Shown here: positions 1 through 8,995 of the stretch, piece after piece | Position numbering within the stretch: the first letter of the stretch is position 1 | Layout of the letters: each line of letters opens with the position of its first letter | Assembly (NCBI GenBank): GCA_038212305.1 | Contig: JBBQUP010000002.1 | Span: 10,861 to 74,860 of the forward strand | DNA: 64,000 nucleotides | From: Bacteroidales bacterium | GTDB lineage: Bacteria; Bacteroidota; Bacteroidia; Bacteroidales; Marinilabiliaceae | Direction: 5' to 3' | Program-made: the position numbers and the translations under genes | The notes under the pieces: model-generated | What the model was told of the DNA's origin: nothing | The model's input: only the letters and a program-made list of their open reading frames with translations | Databases searched by the model: none

Positions 1-1031
1 TTCCTACCGGATTAAAATGGAAGCTTACCGCCGATGCAAAATCGGATGAGAAATATGTAATTTGCAATGCCGACGAAGGCGAACCAGGCACATTCAAGGA
101 TCGCGAAATATTGGTTCGAGTTCCCGAAAAAGTGTTATCAGGAATGGCAATCTGCGCAAAAGCAATTGGAGCAAAAAAAGGTTTTATCTATTTAAGAGGT
201 GAGTATAAATTTCTAGTTCCAAAGCTACAAACATCAATCAATGAGTTTCATAAGCTTTTAGATTCCATCGGAAACAGTTTTAGAATTAACATTTACATGG
301 GAGCTGGCGCTTACATATGTGGCGAAGAAAGTGCCTTATTCGAAAGTATGGAAGGACAACGCGGCGAACCCCGAAACAAACCTCCTTATCCTACACAATC
401 AGGGTTTAGAAATAGCCCTACAGTCATAAACAATGTGGAAACGCTGGCTCATACCTACTCCATTTTTAAATATGGCGCTGATAAATTTCGCGATCTGGGC
501 GTGCAAGACTCCAGAGGATCGAAAGTTTTTTCGGTATCAGGTGATACGCCCAATCCGGGTATTTACGAGCTCGAATTTGGAATGACGTTACAGCGTTTTG
601 TTGAAGATTTTGGCGATGGAGATGCCAAAGCTGTGCAAGTGGGTGGTGCTTCGGGTTTTTGTGTTCCTCGAAAAAAATTCGAAAAAACAATTATTGGATA
701 TCAGGGAAAACTAACGGGTACATCACTTCCAACAGGTGGTTCAATGATGATTTTTAACTCATCACGATCGATGTATAATGTGCTGCACAACTACCTTGAC
801 TTTTTTGTGGAGGAATCGTGCGGCCAATGCACACCTTGTAGAGTTGGAACTCAACAATTACTGCATGGAATTGAAGCTGTAAAACGTGGCGATATGCCAT
901 CGGGCTATTTATCCAAGCTGTTAGATTTAAGCGAAACCATGCGTCTGACTGCCAAGTGCGGATTAGGCCAATCTGTTGCCAATTCGTTCAGCTCCATTGT
1001 TGAAAATTTCAGAGAAGAGATGATTTACTAA
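1..1031 (+). CDS. NuoF-like NAD(P)H/FMN flavoprotein subunit of an [FeFe]-hydrogenase complex (HydB/HndC-like), 5' end cut by the window edge
   Basis: Frame 3 is open from nt 3 (PTGLKWKLTADAKSDEKYVICNADEGEPGTFKDR precedes the tracked ORF). Motifs GAGAYICGEESAL (NuoF FMN/NADH site) and ESCGQCTPCR...KCGLGQ (NuoF-type 4Fe-4S). Stops 16 nt before hydA. Confidence 0.85.
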   Translation, partial: PTGLKWKLTADAKSDEKYVICNADEGEPGTFKDREILVRVPEKVLSGMAICAKAIGAKKGFIYLRGEYKFLVPKLQTSINEFHKLLDSIGNSFRINIYMGAGAYICGEESALFESMEGQRGEPRNKPPYPTQSGFRNSPTVINNVETLAHTYSIFKYGADKFRDLGVQDSRGSKVFSVSGDTPNPGIYELEFGMTLQRFVEDFGDGDAKAVQVGGASGFCVPRKKFEKTIIGYQGKLTGTSLPTGGSMMIFNSSRSMYNVLHNYLDFFVEESCGQCTPCRVGTQQLLHGIEAVKRGDMPSGYLSKLLDLSETMRLTAKCGLGQSVANSFSSIVENFREEMIY

Positions 1032-1047
1032 CCTAATTATTAAAACT

Positions 1048-2838
1048 ATGTCACATAAAATTAATTGTCGCATCGATAACATTTCAATAAGTGTTGACGA
1101 GGGAACTACTATTTTAGAGGCAGCTCGAAAAATAAATATTAAAATTCCCACGCTATGCTACCACGAAGATTTATGCATTGCAGGAAATTGCCGTGTTTGT
1201 TTAGTTGAACAAGTAGCAACTGATCGACTATTGCCATCGTGCGCAACGCCGATTAGCGAAGGCATGGAGATTTTAACTAATACGCTTAAGGTTCGAAATG
1301 CTCGAAAACAAATTATCGAGCTGCTGGTTTCGGAACACAATGCTGACTGTACACGATGCTTTAAAAATGGCAAATGCGAATTACAAACATTATCGAGCGA
1401 ATACCTTATTAACGATGAAGGTATTATTGATTTGGTTCCACTTAAAAACTACCAAATCGATAAAATCTCACCCTCTATTATCAAAGATGATTCGAAATGT
1501 ATTCGATGCCAAAGATGCGTTCGTACTTGCAGCGAACTTCAAAAAATAGGTGCCTTAACGGTGGCTCACAAAGGGGAAAAGATGCGTATCTCCACTTTTT
1601 TTAACAAACCACTGTTTGAAGTAGTTTGCACCAATTGCGGACAATGCGTTAACCGCTGTCCAACGGGTGCTTTAGTCGAAAAATCGTACATCGACAATGT
1701 TTGGAATGCCATATACGACGACTCCAAACATGTGGTTGTTCAGACAGCACCAGCTGTAAGAATTGCATTGGGTGAAGCCCTTGGTATGCAGCCAGGAGTT
1801 ATTGTGACAGGCAAAATGGTGGCTGCTCTAAAACGAATGGGGTTTAACTCGGTATTAGATACCGACTTTACCGCCGACTTAACCATAATTGAAGAAGGAA
1901 CAGAGCTGCTGACACGATTAAAAAGCGCATTAAAAGATAAAGACCCCAATGTGAAACTACCAATGGCAACCTCTTGCTCTCCAGGTTGGATTAAATTCAT
2001 TGAGCATGCATTCCCTCAATACCTTGATAATTTAAGTACAGCCAAGTCGCCGCAGCAAATGTTTGGTGCATTAGCCAAAACTTACTATGCTAAAAAAATT
2101 GATGTCGCTCCTGAGAATATCGTATCCATTTCGGTAATGCCGTGTACTGCAAAAAAATACGAAGCAAACCGACCTGAAATGCGTTCCAGTGGATACCAAG
2201 ATGTAGACTTTGTTGTAACCACACGCGAATTAGCCATGATGATTAAGCAAGCAGGCATTGATTTCGAATCACTTCCCGAAGATGATTTCGACTCAATCAT
2301 GGGCGAAAGCTCAGGCGCAGGAGTTATTTTTGGAGCCACTGGAGGAGTTATGGAAGCAGCTTTACGAACTGCTTATGAATTGGTGACTGGTCGTGAAGTG
2401 CCATTTAACAACCTAAACATCACTCCAGTCAGAGGAAATGAAAACATAAAAGAAGCGACTATTCTCATTGAAGACCCACTTCCTGAATGGGATTTTTTAG
2501 CCGGAATTGAGTTAAAAACATGTGTAGCACATGGCTTGGCCAATGCAAAGCAAGTGATGCAACGTGTTGCTAATGGAGAAGTAAACTATCACTTTATTGA
2601 AATCATGGCTTGTCCAGGAGGTTGCTTAGGTGGTGGTGGTCAACCCATTCCAACCAATCCTGAAATTCGCAGAAAACGGAATGAAGCCATTTATCGCGAA
2701 GATGCAGGAAAAACAATTCGCAAATCGCACGATAATCCTGAAGTGAAACAAATTTATGCTGAGTTCTTAAAGAAACCGTTGAGTCATACCGCACATGAAC
2801 TATTGCATACTACTTACACACCTCGCAACCGGTATTAA
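1048..2838 (+). CDS. hydA: [FeFe]-hydrogenase catalytic subunit
   Basis: N-terminal 2Fe-2S-like cysteines (CYHEDLCIAGNCRVC). His-ligated cluster motif HNADCTRCFKNGKC. Two CxxCxxCxxxC motifs (CIRCQRCVRTC, CTNCGQCVNRCP). H-cluster motifs MPCTAKKYE and EIMACPGGCLGGGGQP; L1 reads TSCSPGW. Confidence 0.93.
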   Translation: MSHKINCRIDNISISVDEGTTILEAARKINIKIPTLCYHEDLCIAGNCRVCLVEQVATDRLLPSCATPISEGMEILTNTLKVRNARKQIIELLVSEHNADCTRCFKNGKCELQTLSSEYLINDEGIIDLVPLKNYQIDKISPSIIKDDSKCIRCQRCVRTCSELQKIGALTVAHKGEKMRISTFFNKPLFEVVCTNCGQCVNRCPTGALVEKSYIDNVWNAIYDDSKHVVVQTAPAVRIALGEALGMQPGVIVTGKMVAALKRMGFNSVLDTDFTADLTIIEEGTELLTRLKSALKDKDPNVKLPMATSCSPGWIKFIEHAFPQYLDNLSTAKSPQQMFGALAKTYYAKKIDVAPENIVSISVMPCTAKKYEANRPEMRSSGYQDVDFVVTTRELAMMIKQAGIDFESLPEDDFDSIMGESSGAGVIFGATGGVMEAALRTAYELVTGREVPFNNLNITPVRGNENIKEATILIEDPLPEWDFLAGIELKTCVAHGLANAKQVMQRVANGEVNYHFIEIMACPGGCLGGGGQPIPTNPEIRRKRNEAIYREDAGKTIRKSHDNPEVKQIYAEFLKKPLSHTAHELLHTTYTPRNRY

Positions 2839-2873
2839 TTGATCGATTAATGCTTAACTCTGTAAACACAAAA

Positions 2874-2910
2874 CGGGTGCCTGAAAAAACTCAGACACCC
2901 GATTAATTTT
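2874..2910 (+). terminator. Intrinsic terminator candidate after hydA
   Basis: CGGGTGCCTGA (2874-2884) pairs with TCAGACACCCG (2891-2901), an 11-bp stem with one mismatch and a 6-nt loop, followed by ATTAATTTTT. Confidence 0.6.
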
Positions 2911-3014
2911 TAAATTACATGTTATTATCGAAATGAATTAACATGCCCCCAACTAAACATCACTATTTGTTAATAATCCAACGAGAACACCCCTATTTAT
3001 TCTCAAAAAATAAA

Positions 3015-3022
3015 TACTTTTG
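3015..3022 (+). promoter_or_regulatory. Bacteroidota-type -7 promoter box (TAnnTTTG) upstream of the bio leader
   Basis: TACTTTTG matches the TAnnTTTG -7 consensus of Bacteroides primary-sigma promoters. No well-spaced -33 TTTG seen. Confidence 0.35.
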
Positions 3023-3028
3023 CAGTCA

Positions 3029-3409
3029 ATGAAAATGGGATATCAAAATAGAAGTCATTCAATCACCTTCCACCAGTGGAGTAGGAAAAGTTATGCCCTG
3101 TTTTCAACGCTAGGTAAAGCTGTTGAAATTGCCGTGCTTAAAACTGAAATTGCAGAGACCAAAGCAGCACAAACCATTTCTCCATTGTATTTTAACAATC
3201 ATCTGGTTGCGCTTTTGGGTAAAACCGAAGAAGACGAATTGCTTGAATCGAATTCCCTCTTGACTAGTTTATCAATAGCCATAACGGATACTACGTTAGA
3301 AGCTGCTCCAGCCTCACACATCAATCATACAATATATAAACCCCTGTTTTGGATTATTCCAGCAGGGGTTTTCATTTTTACTAAACTCAATTACCATGTC
3401 TTTCATTGA
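3029..3409 (+). CDS. Hypothetical 126-aa ORF (or non-coding bioB leader); overlaps bioB start by 14 nt
   Basis: Uninterrupted frame unusually long for AT-rich DNA; first ATG at 3029 (the track starts at TTG 3020). No recognisable family. The C-terminal codons coincide with a strong hairpin. Confidence 0.3.
   Translation: MKMGYQNRSHSITFHQWSRKSYALFSTLGKAVEIAVLKTEIAETKAAQTISPLYFNNHLVALLGKTEEDELLESNSLLTSLSIAITDTTLEAAPASHINHTIYKPLFWIIPAGVFIFTKLNYHVFH
3338..3379 (+). terminator. Terminator/attenuator-like hairpin ~25 nt upstream of the bioB ATG
   Basis: Perfect 9-bp inverted repeat AAACCCCTG (3338-3346) / CAGGGGTTT (3363-3371), 16-nt loop, then TCATTTTT. Confidence 0.5.
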
Positions 3410-4355
3410 ACAAATAAAAACTAAAATCCTTGCAGGAGGTAAAATCTCGCTACCAGAAGCGAATGAAATATCTTCTACAGATCAAAAAGAGGAATTATAT
3501 CAAGCTGCTGATCATATTCGAGAACATTTTATTGGTCGCGTTTTGGATATGTGCTCGATAAGCAATGCCCAGTCGGGTAAATGCTCCGAAGACTGTAAAT
3601 GGTGTGCTCAAAGTCGTTTTTTTAAAACAGGTGTTGATGTTTACGATTTAATTAGTTTGGATGAAGGCATTAAACAAGCGGCCGAAAATCATGCGCATGG
3701 TGTTAACCGTTTTTCGTTAGTTACCAGTGGCAGAGCATTGCATCATACCAAAGTGGCAAAAGCATGTCATATTTATAAAGAGATAAAAAAGCAAAACCCC
3801 ATCCACTTGTGTGCATCAATGGGATTATTGCGAAAACCCGAACTTGAACAACTTAAAGAGGCAGGTGTAGAACACTACCATTGCAACATTGAAACTGCTC
3901 CTTCGTATTTTCAAGAAGTTTGCACAACTCACACTTTCGAAGAGAAAGAGCGCACCATCGAAGAGGCAAAGGAGGTAGGTCTGGAAATTTGCAGCGGAGG
4001 CATTATTGGAATGGGCGAAACCATGGAGCAACGCATTGAGATGGCATTTAAACTTGCTGAAATGGAGGTGGATAGTATCCCTTTAAACATTCTCAATCCA
4101 ATTGAAGGAACTCCTTTAAAAACCAGCCTTCCATTAAGCGACGAAGAGGTATTAACAACCATTGCGCTTTTCCGTTTTATCAATCCTAAGGCGCACATTA
4201 GGTTTGCAGGAGGCCGTAATTTAATTGCTCATATACAGGAAAAAGCTTTACGCTCGGGTATTAGTGCAGCATTGGTTGGCAATTATTTAACCACAATAGG
4301 AACGAACATTGAACAAGACAAAGTTATTTTCACCAAAGCGGGTTTTAGCCTTTAG
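3396..4355 (+). CDS. bioB: Biotin synthase (radical SAM)
   Basis: CSEDCKWCAQS radical-SAM CxxxCxxC motif, typical size (319 aa), heads a bio operon. Confidence 0.95.
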   Translation: MSFIEQIKTKILAGGKISLPEANEISSTDQKEELYQAADHIREHFIGRVLDMCSISNAQSGKCSEDCKWCAQSRFFKTGVDVYDLISLDEGIKQAAENHAHGVNRFSLVTSGRALHHTKVAKACHIYKEIKKQNPIHLCASMGLLRKPELEQLKEAGVEHYHCNIETAPSYFQEVCTTHTFEEKERTIEEAKEVGLEICSGGIIGMGETMEQRIEMAFKLAEMEVDSIPLNILNPIEGTPLKTSLPLSDEEVLTTIALFRFINPKAHIRFAGGRNLIAHIQEKALRSGISAALVGNYLTTIGTNIEQDKVIFTKAGFSL

Positions 4356-4371
4356 ATCATCAAAACAATAC

Positions 4372-5661
4372 ATGAACAACTCACAATTAATCGATTACGA
4401 CCGACAACACATATGGCATCCATACACATCTGCCACTCACCCATTGCCGGTAATCGAAATCGAATCAGCTTCGGGATCGACATTGGTCATGAAAAATGGC
4501 AAACAGCTCATCGATGGCATGTCCTCGTGGTGGGCTGCTATTCATGGTTACAATCATCCAATATTAAACAGTGCCATACAAAATCAACTCTCAAAAATGG
4601 CGCATGTTATGTTTGGGGGAATAACCCATCAACCAGCTGTTGCGTTGGCTAAAAAGCTCATCGACATAACTCCCGAACCCCTTCAATGGGTATTTTTTTG
4701 TGATTCGGGCTCGGTAGCCGTTGAAGTGGCCATGAAAATGGCTCTACAATACCATCAAAGTTGTGGACTGATTAAAAAAGTGAAATTTGCCACAATAAAA
4801 GGTGGTTATCATGGCGATACATGGCATGCCATGAGCATATGTGACCCTCAAACGGGCATGCATCAAATATTTTCGGGCTCACTTCCCATTCATTTTTTTG
4901 CACCTCGACCCAAAATTCGATTTAACGAAACTTGGTGTGATAGTGATTTTGATGCGATGAAAAAGCTAATCGAAAAAAGTCACGAAAGTTTGGCTGCTGT
5001 TGTGATTGAACCTATTGTTCAAGGTGCTGGAGGCATGTGGTTTTACTCACCCGAATATTTAATCAAGCTCAGGGAAATTTGCAACCACTACAACATTTTG
5101 CTCATTGCCGATGAAATTGCCACAGGTTTTGGTCGAACAGGTGAACTTTTTGCCTGTAATCACGCATCTATTTCACCTGATATTATGTGTTTGGGTAAAG
5201 CAATTACCGGTGGATATATGAGTTTTGCAGCCACATTAACAACCAAAAAAGTAGCTGAAACCATTTCGAAAAGTGAAGCAGGTGTGTTTATGCACGGCCC
5301 TACTTTCATGGGAAATCCATTAGCATGTGCAGTAGCAAATGCAAGTATCGACCTACTACTTAATTCAAAATGGAAAGAATCGGTAAAAAATATAGAATCG
5401 ATATTAATTAAACACTTAACTCCACTAGGTAAACATCAAGCCGTTAACAACATTAGAGTTTTAGGTGCCATCGGAGTTGTAGAAATGAATGAACAAGTTA
5501 ATATAGCTGCTATTCAAAAACAATTTGTGGAATTGGGCGTTTGGATTCGCCCTTTTGGAAAGCTTATTTATTTAATGCCACCCTATATTATTAAATCCGA
5601 AGAACTAATGCTTCTTATAAATGCTATTTCATCTGTTATAAACACTTATCCTCAAAAATGA
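4372..5661 (+). CDS. bioA: Adenosylmethionine-8-amino-7-oxononanoate aminotransferase
   Basis: Class-III aminotransferase features (HIWHPYTS, DEIATGFGRTG, lysine region CLGKAITGGY). I chose ATG 4372 (MNNSQLIDYDRQHIWHPY), which avoids the overlap with bioB that the tracked start 4309 creates. Confidence 0.93.
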   Translation: MNNSQLIDYDRQHIWHPYTSATHPLPVIEIESASGSTLVMKNGKQLIDGMSSWWAAIHGYNHPILNSAIQNQLSKMAHVMFGGITHQPAVALAKKLIDITPEPLQWVFFCDSGSVAVEVAMKMALQYHQSCGLIKKVKFATIKGGYHGDTWHAMSICDPQTGMHQIFSGSLPIHFFAPRPKIRFNETWCDSDFDAMKKLIEKSHESLAAVVIEPIVQGAGGMWFYSPEYLIKLREICNHYNILLIADEIATGFGRTGELFACNHASISPDIMCLGKAITGGYMSFAATLTTKKVAETISKSEAGVFMHGPTFMGNPLACAVANASIDLLLNSKWKESVKNIESILIKHLTPLGKHQAVNNIRVLGAIGVVEMNEQVNIAAIQKQFVELGVWIRPFGKLIYLMPPYIIKSEELMLLINAISSVINTYPQK

Positions 5662-6827
5662 ATTTTACATTAGAACTTGAAAAAATTAACAACCAAGGAT
5701 TAATGCGAACTTTATCTTTGGTAGACACCTGCGATTTGCCTTGGATAAAATGGGAAGGCAAAAATTTATATAATTTATCTTCGAACGATTATTTAGGATT
5801 AGCTCAAGACAAAAATTTATGGGAAGAATTCACTAATGTTTGGATGAACAATAGTCAATTAAACATGGGAGCTGCTTCGTCGCGCTTAATGACAGGAAAT
5901 CATTTTTTTTACGACGAAACCGAAAAGCTTTTAGAGGAGCTTTATGGACGACCCGCCTTGTTTTTCAACAGTGGATATCATGCCAACACAGGCATATTAA
6001 AAGCCGTAACTTCAAAAACCGATTTAATAATTTCAGATAAACTAGTTCATGCAAGTCTAATTGACGGAATTCACCTTTCAGCGGCTACCCATTTTCGATA
6101 TAACCATAACAACTATGATCATCTTGAAAAAATCCTCATTCAAAAACGTCATCTTTTTAAAGAGACCATCATCGTTACCGAATCTATTTTCAGCATGGAT
6201 GGTGATTGTGCTGATTTAAAGAAACTTGTTGAATTAAAAAGCAAATATAATTTAACGCTTTATGTCGATGAAGCTCATGCCATCGGAGCGTTAGGCGAAA
6301 ATGGATTAGGACTTTGCGAAGTCAATAATGTTTTAAACGAGATCGACTTTATCGTTTGTCCCATGGGCAAAGCAATGGGCTCAGTAGGCGCATTTGTCAT
6401 AACCAATCCATCTACTCATAAATGGCTCATAAATAAAGCTCGAACACTCATCTATTCCACAGCTTTACCACCCATCAATATGGCATGGAACTATTTAATT
6501 ATCACGAAATTAAAACAATTCAACCCCCGTCGTGTTCATTTAAATAACATCAGTATTTATTTCAAAAACCAATTATCCATTTTAAATTACACAACAAACT
6601 CAAATTCACATATCATTCCAATCATTATCGTTGAAAACAACCACACATGTATGTTATCCCACGATTTAAAAAATGAAGGTTTTTACACCACCGCTGTTCG
6701 ACCACCAACAGTACCTGAAGGAACTTCACGGATTAGAATTTCGCTAAACTCAACCATGTCAACAAATGAATTAGATATTTTTTTTAATATCTTCACTTCA
6801 ACGTTGGCAAAAATTAAAATATTATGA
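5658..6827 (+). CDS. bioF: 8-amino-7-oxononanoate synthase
   Basis: PLP alpha-oxoamine synthase pattern (SNDYLGL, DEAHAIG, S.GKA). ATGA start/stop overlap with bioA. Confidence 0.9.
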   Translation: MNFTLELEKINNQGLMRTLSLVDTCDLPWIKWEGKNLYNLSSNDYLGLAQDKNLWEEFTNVWMNNSQLNMGAASSRLMTGNHFFYDETEKLLEELYGRPALFFNSGYHANTGILKAVTSKTDLIISDKLVHASLIDGIHLSAATHFRYNHNNYDHLEKILIQKRHLFKETIIVTESIFSMDGDCADLKKLVELKSKYNLTLYVDEAHAIGALGENGLGLCEVNNVLNEIDFIVCPMGKAMGSVGAFVITNPSTHKWLINKARTLIYSTALPPINMAWNYLIITKLKQFNPRRVHLNNISIYFKNQLSILNYTTNSNSHIIPIIIVENNHTCMLSHDLKNEGFYTTAVRPPTVPEGTSRIRISLNSTMSTNELDIFFNIFTSTLAKIKIL

Positions 6828-7483
6828 CATTTCATTGGTTAAACCATAAAGGCAATAAAAACCTATTAGTATTTTTTTCGGGATGGGGATACGACTATCG
6901 ACCATTTATTCCATTAAAATCAGATAATTATGATGTTTTGATGTTCTACAATTATGGAGAAATTATTCTCCCACCCGATTTTGATTTACTGTTTGAAGAG
7001 TACGAACAAGTCGATTTAATTGCCTGGTCCTTTGGAGTTTGGATGGCCAATCATTTATGCGCAAACTACTCTCATAAAATCAGCACCAAGATGGCAATTA
7101 ACGGAACACTCAACCCAATAAGCGATTCAGAAGGTATTCCCATTGATATTTTTCAGGGAACTATTGATAATCTTTCAGAAGCTAACTTAAAGCGATTTTA
7201 TCGTCGAATGATTGGAAACCCTATTCATCAATCTATTTTTGAAAACCATCACCCAATTATCCTTTGGGAAGAGGCTAAAGAAGAGCTTTCTCGTATGTCG
7301 GGATGCTTAGTTCATAATTCAAATAAGCTATTTAATAAAGCCATCATTGCCGATAATGATTTGATTTTCTCATCAAAAAACCAAGCAAACTTTTGGATAA
7401 ATCAAGTTGATATTAAACCCTTATCCTCTTCGCACTTCCCTTTTTATAATTTTCATTCGTGGGATGTCTTATTAAATTTTTAA
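6824..7483 (+). CDS. bioG: DUF452-type pimeloyl-ACP methyl ester esterase
   Basis: About 219 aa with LLVFFSGWGYD near the N-terminus and a WSFG nucleophile-elbow-like motif. Sits between bioF and bioC; ATGA overlap with bioF. Confidence 0.7.
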   Translation: MTFHWLNHKGNKNLLVFFSGWGYDYRPFIPLKSDNYDVLMFYNYGEIILPPDFDLLFEEYEQVDLIAWSFGVWMANHLCANYSHKISTKMAINGTLNPISDSEGIPIDIFQGTIDNLSEANLKRFYRRMIGNPIHQSIFENHHPIILWEEAKEELSRMSGCLVHNSNKLFNKAIIADNDLIFSSKNQANFWINQVDIKPLSSSHFPFYNFHSWDVLLNF

Positions 7484-7490
7484 TCGAATT

Positions 7491-8273
7491 ATGCCAAATA
7501 CATCTCCTGTAACCGAAAAAAAACTGATTTACAAACGGTTCGAAAAAGCGTTGAGTACTTACGACAAGCATGCCACAGTTCAATTTCGAATGGCCGAATT
7601 GTTACTGAAATTAATTAACAAACACATTGAAAATACTCCAACTCAAATTTTTGAGATAGGATGCGGAACAGGTGTTGTAACGGAATTATTATGCACTCAA
7701 TTTCCTCAATCACATATTATTGCCAACGATTTAGTTCAACAAGTTGAGAGCTATGTGCGACAAAAAACAAACAAGACCGAAAACAGCTCTCTCTCCTTCT
7801 ACTTTGGTGATATCGAATCAATCCCTTTCCCTGATAACAGTCAACTTATTTGCTCAGGAGCTACGCTTCAATGGATTGCTGAATTGGATAACGTATTTCA
7901 AAAAATTTTCAATGCCCTATCAACTAATGGGCTATTCGCATTTTCAACATTTGGGAATGAAAATTTCAAGGAGATTAAACAAATAAACAATTCGGGACTC
8001 ATTTATCCAACTGATATTGAGATGCTAATGAAAACGGCTCCCTATTTTCGACTCTTAGATAGTATTGAATGGTCTGAAGGAATTCATTTTCAATCGCCAT
8101 TAGAAGTTCTTAAACACATGAAATTAACCGGAGTAAATTCTGTTTCGGCAACCGGTTGGACCAAAGAAAATTTAAACTCATTTACTAATAGTTACCAATG
8201 TTTTAAAACCGATGGCAAAGGTTATTCGTTAACCTATCACCCGAAGCTTTATATATTCGAAAAAATCATTTAA
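7491..8273 (+). CDS. bioC: Malonyl-ACP O-methyltransferase
   Basis: SAM-methyltransferase motif I (IFEIGCGTGVVT), ~260 aa, bio operon context. Confidence 0.8.
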   Translation: MPNTSPVTEKKLIYKRFEKALSTYDKHATVQFRMAELLLKLINKHIENTPTQIFEIGCGTGVVTELLCTQFPQSHIIANDLVQQVESYVRQKTNKTENSSLSFYFGDIESIPFPDNSQLICSGATLQWIAELDNVFQKIFNALSTNGLFAFSTFGNENFKEIKQINNSGLIYPTDIEMLMKTAPYFRLLDSIEWSEGIHFQSPLEVLKHMKLTGVNSVSATGWTKENLNSFTNSYQCFKTDGKGYSLTYHPKLYIFEKII

Positions 8274-8279
8274 TATGCT

Positions 8280-8978
8280 ATGTCTAAAGTAATTATCATC
8301 GCTATTGATACGGATACTGGTAAAACGATTGCCACTGGCCTTATCGCTAAAAATCTAAAGCTGATTGAGAATAATATAACAACCATGAAATTGGCTCAAA
8401 CTGGCTGTGAAGGAATATCGGAGGATATAGTACGCCATCGACAATTAATGGGAATTGATTTGCTAGATATCGACAAATCGAAGTTAACCTGCCCGTATAT
8501 TTTCAAAATGGCAGCCTCACCGCATTTAGCTGCTAGCCTCGAAGGATCAACAATTTTTACTAATCATCTTAATAACACAATAAATAAACTTGAAAGTAGC
8601 TACAACATAACTATAATTGAAGGAATAGGAGGTTTGATGGTACCTTTGAATACTGATTATTTATTGGCCGATTTTATTCAAGAGCAAAGCCTCAAAGCCA
8701 TATTGGTAACCTCCTCAAAAATTGGGAGTCTTAACCACACATTTTTAACTCTTGAAGCACTTAAAAACAGAGACATCAATTTAATAGGTATCGTTTATAA
8801 CCATTTTCCGCAAACCAACAGCTTCATTCTAAATGATACCCGTCAACAAATAAAAAACAGATCTAAATATCTTTATCCAAATTCGTTATGGGCCGAAATG
8901 TCAAATATCTCCATTAAAGATAGTATTGACCTAATGCCATCTTCAATGGATTGGTATCAAGCAATAGTAGCAAATTAA
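8280..8978 (+). CDS. bioD: Dethiobiotin synthetase
   Basis: N-terminal P-loop-like DTDTGKT, EGIGGLMVP motif, last gene of the bio operon. Confidence 0.9.
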   Translation: MSKVIIIAIDTDTGKTIATGLIAKNLKLIENNITTMKLAQTGCEGISEDIVRHRQLMGIDLLDIDKSKLTCPYIFKMAASPHLAASLEGSTIFTNHLNNTINKLESSYNITIIEGIGGLMVPLNTDYLLADFIQEQSLKAILVTSSKIGSLNHTFLTLEALKNRDINLIGIVYNHFPQTNSFILNDTRQQIKNRSKYLYPNSLWAEMSNISIKDSIDLMPSSMDWYQAIVAN

Positions 8979-8995
8979 ATTGAGTGCTTAAAATA

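Noticed and set aside
4309-4371. Upstream start for bioA overlapping the end of bioB
   Set aside because: The 21 extra residues lie inside the bioB coding region. ATG 4372 gives a typical BioA N-terminus 14 nt after the bioB stop.
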